The notes under the pieces are model-generated. The model was not told where the DNA came from. It made no database searches and worked only from the letters and a program-made list of their open reading frames with translations. Shown here piece by piece: positions 34,173 to 39,395 of a stretch of 39,395 bases of DNA. How positions within the stretch are numbered: position 1 is the stretch's first letter; each line of letters starts with the position of its first letter. Source of the DNA: an uncultured Acetobacteraceae bacterium (lineage in GTDB: Bacteria > Acidobacteriota > Terriglobia > Terriglobales > Acidobacteriaceae). The DNA is taken from positions 1-39,395 of the forward strand of contig CAZZVA010000002.1 of the NCBI GenBank assembly GCA_964657345.1, given 5' to 3'. Made by a program: the position numbers and the translations under genes.

Positions 34173-35258
34173 CTGAAGAAGGCATTGATCACTGGCATTA
34201 CCGGGCAGGATGGTTCGTACCTTGCCGAATATCTCTTGCTGAAGGGATACCAGGTGCATGGCATCAAGCGCCGCGCCTCCTCCTTCAATACTTCGCGCAT
34301 CGACCATCTGTACCAGGATCCCCATGTCGAAAGCCGCAACCTCGTTCTGCATTACGGCGACCTCACCGACTCCTCCACACTGATTCACATCGTGCAGAAG
34401 GTGCAGCCGGACGAAATCTACAACCTCGCCGCGCAGAGCCACGTCAAGGTCTCCTTCGAGGAGCCGGAGTACACGGCCAACAGTGACGCTCTCGGAGCCT
34501 TGCGGCTATTGGAAGCGATACGAGTCCTGAAGCTCGACAAATATACCCGCTTCTACCAGGCATCGACTTCCGAGATGTACGGCCTGGTGCAGGAAACGCC
34601 GCAGACCGAGACCACCCCCTTCTATCCTCGCTCCCCATACGCGGTGGCCAAACTCTACGCCTACTGGATCACCATCAACTATCGCGAGGCCTACGGAATC
34701 TACGGTTGCAATGGCATCCTGTTCAATCACGAGTCGCCCCGCCGCGGGGAGACCTTCGTCACTCGCAAGATCACGCGCGCTATCGCTCGCATCTATCTCG
34801 GTCTGCAGGATCGTCTCTATCTCGGCAACCTGAGTGCTCTGCGTGACTGGGGCCACGCCAAGGACTATGTCACCATGCAGCACCTGATGCTGCAGCAGGA
34901 GACGGCGAAAGACTATGTCATCGCCACCGGCCACCAATACAGTGTCCGGGACTTCGTCGATCACGCCGCGGCATGCCTCGGCATGAAGCTGCATTGGGAA
35001 GGCGAAGGCGAGAACGAGCAGGCTCTCGACGCAAAAGGAAATGTCGTTGTTTCCGTTGACTCGCGCTACTTTCGGCCCACAGAAGTGCAGACCCTCCTGG
35101 GCGATCCCTCCAAGGCTCACCGGGAACTCGGCTGGAAGCCGGAGACCACCTTCGAACAGATGGTGGCTGAGATGGTAGAGCACGACCTGCAGGAAGCGAA
35201 GCGCGATGCCCTGGTAGAAAAGCACGGCTTTAACTCCTACCAGTTCCACGAATCATGA
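34173..35258 (+). CDS. gmd: GDP-mannose 4,6-dehydratase
   Basis: [53 protein letters not shown]. The ORF track starts at TTG 34185. I place the start at CTG 34173 (see findings), which restores the canonical (M)[14 protein letters not shown]-terminus, 7 nt after GGAGG. Confidence 0.95.
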   Translation: MKKALITGITGQDGSYLAEYLLLKGYQVHGIKRRASSFNTSRIDHLYQDPHVESRNLVLHYGDLTDSSTLIHIVQKVQPDEIYNLAAQSHVKVSFEEPEYTANSDALGALRLLEAIRVLKLDKYTRFYQASTSEMYGLVQETPQTETTPFYPRSPYAVAKLYAYWITINYREAYGIYGCNGILFNHESPRRGETFVTRKITRAIARIYLGLQDRLYLGNLSALRDWGHAKDYVTMQHLMLQQETAKDYVIATGHQYSVRDFVDHAAACLGMKLHWEGEGENEQALDAKGNVVVSVDSRYFRPTEVQTLLGDPSKAHRELGWKPETTFEQMVAEMVEHDLQEAKRDALVEKHGFNSYQFHES

Positions 35259-35277
35259 TTTCGCTACAGAGCAATCG

Positions 35278-36249
35278 ATGAACAAGAGTCGCATCTACGT
35301 CGCAGGGCATCGGGGGCTGGTCGGCTCGGCGATCGTGCGTGCCTTGACCGCCGCAGGCTGGACAGGCATTCTCACGCGTACTCACGCCGACCTGGAACTC
35401 GCCGACACTGCTGCAGTCTCTACCTTCTTCGCAGAACAGAAGCCGGAGTACGTCATCCTCGCAGCCGCAAAAGTAGGCGGCATCCTCGCCAACAATACCT
35501 ACCCTGCCGACTTCATCCGCGACAACCTGCTCATCCAGAACAACGTCATCGAGCAGAGCAGGCAGGCCGGTGTCAAGCGCCTGCTCTTCCTCGGCTCCAG
35601 CTGCATCTATCCACGTCTCGCCCCGCAGCCGATACGTGAAGAATATCTGCTCACTGGCGAACTCGAGCCCACCAACCGGCCCTACGCCATCGCGAAAATT
35701 GCGGGCATCGAAATGTGCTGGGCCTGCAACCGTCAGTACGGTACTCAATTCCTCGCTGCCATGCCTACCAATCTCTATGGTCCCGAAGACAACTTCGATC
35801 TGAAAACGTCGCACGTTCTGCCCGCATTGATGCGCAAAGTAGCAGAGGCCAAGACCACCGGGCGGAAAACCGTAGACGTGTGGGGCACCGGTACGCCGCG
35901 CCGCGAGTTGTTGTACAGCCAGGACATGGCGGAAGCATGCGTACATCTGATGCAGTTGCCCGAACAAACATTTCGTGGCCTGCTCTCTGAAGATCACGCG
36001 CCCCTGGTCAACATCGGCACGGGCGAGGATGTCACCATTCGCGAACTCGCAGAGACCGTTGCGGAAGAACTTTGCTTCACAGGCGAACTGGTATTCGACA
36101 GCAGCAAACCCGACGGCACCCCCAGGAAACTGCTCGATGTGAGCCGCATCCATGCGCTGGGCTGGAAAGCGAAGACCCCTCTGCGCGAAGGCATTCGCAT
36201 GACCTACGCGGCTGTGCGCGACCGGCTGGTTCCATCGCTCACATCATGA
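35278..36249 (+). CDS. fcl: GDP-L-fucose synthase (GDP-4-keto-6-deoxy-D-mannose 3,5-epimerase/4-reductase)
   Basis: IYVAGHRGLVGSAIVRAL, AAKVGGI, FLGSSCIYP, PYAIAKIAG, PTNLYGP; 323 aa. Confidence 0.95.
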   Translation: MNKSRIYVAGHRGLVGSAIVRALTAAGWTGILTRTHADLELADTAAVSTFFAEQKPEYVILAAAKVGGILANNTYPADFIRDNLLIQNNVIEQSRQAGVKRLLFLGSSCIYPRLAPQPIREEYLLTGELEPTNRPYAIAKIAGIEMCWACNRQYGTQFLAAMPTNLYGPEDNFDLKTSHVLPALMRKVAEAKTTGRKTVDVWGTGTPRRELLYSQDMAEACVHLMQLPEQTFRGLLSEDHAPLVNIGTGEDVTIRELAETVAEELCFTGELVFDSSKPDGTPRKLLDVSRIHALGWKAKTPLREGIRMTYAAVRDRLVPSLTS

Positions 36250-38005
36250 GTAGCTGAGCGTGGCGCTCCTGCCTGCGCCACACCACCACGAGAATCAAAA
36301 GAGCCCCGGCACTCACTTCTCGTCCAAGCAGCACATCCGAAGTGGTCTTCCATTGCACTCGAATGCGAGAGGATCCGGCTGGCACAGCAACCACCATCAA
36401 TCCATCCTCGCGCTCCAATCGCCCGACAACCGGACGGCCATTCAGAGAAACATTCCAGGCAGGATAGTCCATCAATTTCAACACCACGAACGCTGGCTGA
36501 CTGGCCGCGACGTTGATCTGCTTCTCTTCCGGCTGCCAGCTTGCAACGCCCACTGTGCCTGCAGCAGCACTCGCCGAATCATGGAGGTGAGAATCCCATT
36601 CGGGATTGTCGCCCGCTTGTTGCTGCGGTTCCTCCGCATCCGGGCTGGAGAGCAGCCGCACCGCAGGCAGATCCTGAAAGATCGCGCTATTGTCCGCGCC
36701 TGCCGCAGTATATTCATCCGTACCTTCTACGCCTGCGCCACTCTGGAATGCATCCAGTTGCCCGGATACGCGATCCTGCTCGTCGCAGTCCTGGAAGAAA
36801 TCTCGCGAGCAGGTCCATATAGACACGCCCGCAATCAGAATCACTCCAACCAGGACATAGCCCCACGATCGTGCCCTGACATTTTCGAAGCGCGGGATCG
36901 CACACGCCACGAAAACCGCCGTCACAATGCTCGCAACCAGCATCCAGCGCCATGGAAATTGCAGGAACACCAGTCGAGGCGCCCAATGCCACAACCAGTG
37001 ACTGGCAGGAAACTGCAGAAAGAGAATCATCGCAAGCAGCAACGCGAATAACTTCAATGCCTTCGTCGGCCCGCCGCGCCTCTGAAAAAACACCAGCAGC
37101 ATCGAGGCGGCAGCAATGGTAAACAGGATCACCACAATCACAGATGCTGCATGCAGCACCTCGTCATGGTAAGCCTGTCCAGTGTGACGAAACAGAAAGC
37201 TGTCTTCAATCCGCATTCCGTCGGCAACAGCCCGGCCAATCTGCACCCACCGTTGTTGCCAGACGGCAGGAACCAGGTAGCAGCCAGCGATCCCCAGTCC
37301 GAGCATCGTTGCAGCAAGGGCCCTGCCGGCGTTCCGCCATTGCCGCTCGGCAACCAACCGCATCAAGCAGACAAACGCCAGTGTGTAGCACCCCATCACT
37401 GCCGCCGGTGCGTTAATGAACCACAGGGCAGCAACAACCAGAGCGAGCGGAACTGTCGCAACCTGTGGCCGCAGCGCGCAGAGCAACAGGAGCGCGATGA
37501 GTGGCGTAGCCAGCAGCTCTCCGTAGGCAGTTCGCTCATATGCCACAAATAAAAGGTATGGATTCACGACGAAGAGGCATGCTGCGATGCTCGAGGCCCG
37601 AAACGACGCCATCGTTCTGCAAAGCAGGAACGCGCACAATCCGGCAGACAAAACGCAGAGGAACGTAAAGAGGTCAGACGCAAAAGCCCACGCATGCTGG
37701 GCTCCAAATAAAACGCGGCCGACACTGCCGAGTATGGCGCCCATCATCCATGAGGCCGGCGGATAAAAGACGAACCGCGGCTCCCCCGCGCCATAATTTG
37801 CAGACGCCAGCCATTGCGGATCCACCAGGCCCACGCGCCAGTCGTGCGCAACTTCGATCCACGACAGCAGATGAAAATCGAAGTCATGCCCGCACGAAGG
37901 GCCATGCCAGAGTAGAGGAGCAACCACACCCAGGCTGCAGGCCAACAGCATCAGCCATGGAATGGAATGCGTACTGCCGTCCTTCGGCTTTCGACCGAAC
38001 ATCAT
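36239..38005 (-). CDS. large polytopic membrane protein, GT-C-fold-like (YfhO / PTPS-related-type) putative glycosyltransferase with C-terminal extracytoplasmic domain
   Basis: At least 12 predicted TM helices. The first extracytoplasmic loop carries the acidic HDFDFH motif directly after TM1. A soluble beta-rich C-terminal domain is followed by a final TM. Start probably ATG 38005 (MMFGRKPKDG...). Convergent 11-nt overlap with fcl. The family call is tentative. Confidence 0.55.
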   Translation of the reverse strand: MMFGRKPKDGSTHSIPWLMLLACSLGVVAPLLWHGPSCGHDFDFHLLSWIEVAHDWRVGLVDPQWLASANYGAGEPRFVFYPPASWMMGAILGSVGRVLFGAQHAWAFASDLFTFLCVLSAGLCAFLLCRTMASFRASSIAACLFVVNPYLLFVAYERTAYGELLATPLIALLLLCALRPQVATVPLALVVAALWFINAPAAVMGCYTLAFVCLMRLVAERQWRNAGRALAATMLGLGIAGCYLVPAVWQQRWVQIGRAVADGMRIEDSFLFRHTGQAYHDEVLHAASVIVVILFTIAAASMLLVFFQRRGGPTKALKLFALLLAMILFLQFPASHWLWHWAPRLVFLQFPWRWMLVASIVTAVFVACAIPRFENVRARSWGYVLVGVILIAGVSIWTCSRDFFQDCDEQDRVSGQLDAFQSGAGVEGTDEYTAAGADNSAIFQDLPAVRLLSSPDAEEPQQQAGDNPEWDSHLHDSASAAAGTVGVASWQPEEKQINVAASQPAFVVLKLMDYPAWNVSLNGRPVVGRLEREDGLMVVAVPAGSSRIRVQWKTTSDVLLGREVSAGALLILVVVWRRQERHAQLLMM

Positions 38006-38117
38006 AAATCGACACGAATGCAGCGATGCCGTTCCCACCTGAACGAAAAGCTCATCGAGACGAATGCTGCTTGACATCGCAGCCGCTCCCGGCAATCCTA
38101 ATCAATCGACCAGCGTG

Positions 38118-39137
38118 ATGCATTCTCAGGAGCTCAGCCTTTTGGACGTTCGTGTTTTTTACCATGACAAGTGTTTCGATGGGGCATGTTCTGCTTCGTT
38201 ATTTACGCGGTTTCATCGAGACTGTATCGCAAAGAATGCCGCCTACAGCTATCACGGCCTGGTGCATCGTGCCGGTGCATTATTCAATGAAGCCGACTTC
38301 ACGGGCGATGAAAATGCGATCGTCGATTTCAAGTATTCAGCATCTCCAAAAATTACCTGGTGGTTCGATCATCACCTCAGCGCCTTCTTGACCCCCGCAG
38401 ATCATCGCGATTTTATCGAAGGGGTGCAGGACGGCCGCTATGCGAACCGTCGCTTCTACGATGCTCACTATACTTCATGCACCAGCTTTCTCGCTTACAT
38501 CGCCACCACCCATTTCGGCTTCCACGCAGAGCCGGTAGCAGACCTCGTCAAGTGGGCCGACATTGTCGACGGTGCGCTCTACCAGAGTGCTCAATCCGCC
38601 GTCGAAATGGGTGAAGCCGCGATGAAGCTCACCTTGATCATCGAATCCACGCAGGACCCGGACTTCATTCCCAGGCTCATTCCGTTGTTGACCGAAGAAT
38701 CTCTCGATGAAGTTCTACGCGAACCCTTCGTCGCAACCCTGCTGCCGCCGCTGCTTGAAAAACATCAGCAGGCCATCCAGCTGATCCGCGAACGAAGCGA
38801 GTGCATCGATGGCACCATCTATTTCGACATCACCGATCAGCACCTGGAAGGCTACAACAAGTTCATCCCTTACTACCTCCATCCACAGGCGGTCTACTCC
38901 ATCGGCCTCAGTAAATCCAGCTTCCGCACCAAGGTGGCCGTCGGTTCCAATCCATGGACAAAAGTTCGCGGGGACAACATGCTTAACCTCTCCACCATCT
39001 GCGAACGCTATGGTGGCGGTGGTCATGCACGGGTCGGCGCAATCTCTTTTTCACCCGATCGGTCAGACGAAGCCCGCGCCGCTGCGGCTGTCATCGTTGC
39101 AGAGTTGCGTGCTCATCATCTGGCAACGAACGCCTAG
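38118..39137 (+). CDS. DHH/DHHA1-superfamily phosphoesterase
   Basis: Motif I-like YHDKCFDGACSA. DHH motif WWFDHHLSAF. DHHA1 GGGH motif RYGGGGHARVGA. Start probably ATG 38118 (MHSQEL...) rather than the upstream ATG 38064 used by the ORF track. Confidence 0.75.
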   Translation: MHSQELSLLDVRVFYHDKCFDGACSASLFTRFHRDCIAKNAAYSYHGLVHRAGALFNEADFTGDENAIVDFKYSASPKITWWFDHHLSAFLTPADHRDFIEGVQDGRYANRRFYDAHYTSCTSFLAYIATTHFGFHAEPVADLVKWADIVDGALYQSAQSAVEMGEAAMKLTLIIESTQDPDFIPRLIPLLTEESLDEVLREPFVATLLPPLLEKHQQAIQLIRERSECIDGTIYFDITDQHLEGYNKFIPYYLHPQAVYSIGLSKSSFRTKVAVGSNPWTKVRGDNMLNLSTICERYGGGGHARVGAISFSPDRSDEARAAAAVIVAELRAHHLATNA

Positions 39138-39395
39138 CGGCCTGCCCATTCCGGTTTGCGCTTTTCAAGAAAAGCCTTCAAACCTTCCGCGAAGTCGCGT
39201 GTCCGGCGACTCGCCACATTGGCTTCAGCAGCGCTCTCCAGGTCCATCGTCAATTGATCTGCACGCTGTTCGCGTAGCAACGCTTTCGTTGCCGCCACCG
39301 ATGCAGGACTATTCCTCAGCAGCAATGCCGCCAATTCCTCCACGGCCCGCACCAATCCGGCTGGCTCCACGAGTTTCGTTACCAGGCCCATCGTC
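39134..39395 (-). CDS. enoyl-CoA hydratase/isomerase (crotonase) family protein, C-terminal part (gene continues beyond the right window edge)
   Basis: GLVTKLVEPAGLVRAVEELAALLLRNSPASVAATKALL...DFAEGLKAFLEKRKPEW is a typical crotonase C-terminal helix bundle. Its stop overlaps the stop of the DHH gene. Confidence 0.8.
   Translation of the reverse strand, partial: TMGLVTKLVEPAGLVRAVEELAALLLRNSPASVAATKALLREQRADQLTMDLESAAEANVASRRTRDFAEGLKAFLEKRKPEWAGR

Noticed and set aside
34506-36153. Minus-strand ORFs of 247 aa (34506..35249) and 307 aa (35230..36153) opposite gmd and fcl
   Set aside because: gmd and fcl are unambiguous on the plus strand. The antisense translations have no motifs and show biased composition.
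1-39395. Search for CRISPR arrays, tRNA/rRNA genes, insertion sequences, integrases, prophage or known defence-system genes, and long direct or tandem repeats
   Set aside because: None was seen. All intergenic gaps are 262 nt or shorter and lack repeat-spacer structure or cloverleaf-like sequences. No transposase-, integrase- or nuclease/ATPase-type defence ORFs are present. This was an eye scan only; a computational repeat and tRNA search would be needed to be definitive.

Overview
GC-rich chromosomal window with about 32 protein genes. I found no rRNA, tRNA, CRISPR array, transposase, integrase or recognisable defence genes. The gene content suggests an Acidobacteriota (Terriglobia-like) genome: a carboxypeptidase-regulatory-domain TonB-dependent receptor, a propeller-type sensor kinase and a bc+caa3 respiratory operon. 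That assignment is an inference, not a measurement.

Gene order, left to right:
- (1) xfp-ackA phosphoketolase/acetate kinase operon on the minus strand. ackA runs off the left edge and is missing from the ORF track.
- (2) Minus-strand operon: giant beta-propeller/Y_Y_Y sensor histidine kinase, NarL-type response regulator, small secreted protein.
- (3) A roughly 10.2 kb, nine-gene plus-strand respiratory operon, tightly packed and partly overlapping. It encodes caa3-type oxidase subunits II (cytochrome c fused), I and III, then an unknown 7-TM His-rich protein, a lipoprotein diheme cytochrome c, a Rieske protein, and a cytochrome b/subunit-IV/cytochrome c triple fusion. It ends with a CtaG::polyferredoxin fusion and a FixH/YtkA-like exported protein.
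- (4) Orphan hutH.
- (5) Minus-strand TonB-dependent receptor, then a Tat-exported flavin amine/L-amino-acid oxidase overlapping a signal-peptide RidA.
- (6) PolX, a cold-shock protein and a NUDIX hydrolase with a Lys-rich tail.
- (7) A DUF2520 Rossmann protein followed by bshC, then two small unknown genes.
- (8) ispA, divergent from wcaI-like GT4, gmd and fcl, which converge on a GT-C-like polytopic membrane protein.
- (9) A DHH/DHHA1 phosphoesterase and the 3' end of a crotonase-family gene.

Most of the window is ordinary core metabolism, and I see no convincing novel defence or mobile system. The most unusual features are:
- the CtaG-polyferredoxin fusion with its FixH-like partner, a candidate copper reduction/insertion module for an aa3-type oxidase;
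- the unrecognised membrane protein embedded in the oxidase/bc operon;
- the periplasmic oxidase-RidA pair behind a TonB-dependent receptor;
- the DUF2520-bshC pair;
- a perfect 12-bp inverted repeat in the xfp leader.

All family assignments come from reading motifs in the supplied translations. No database search was run.
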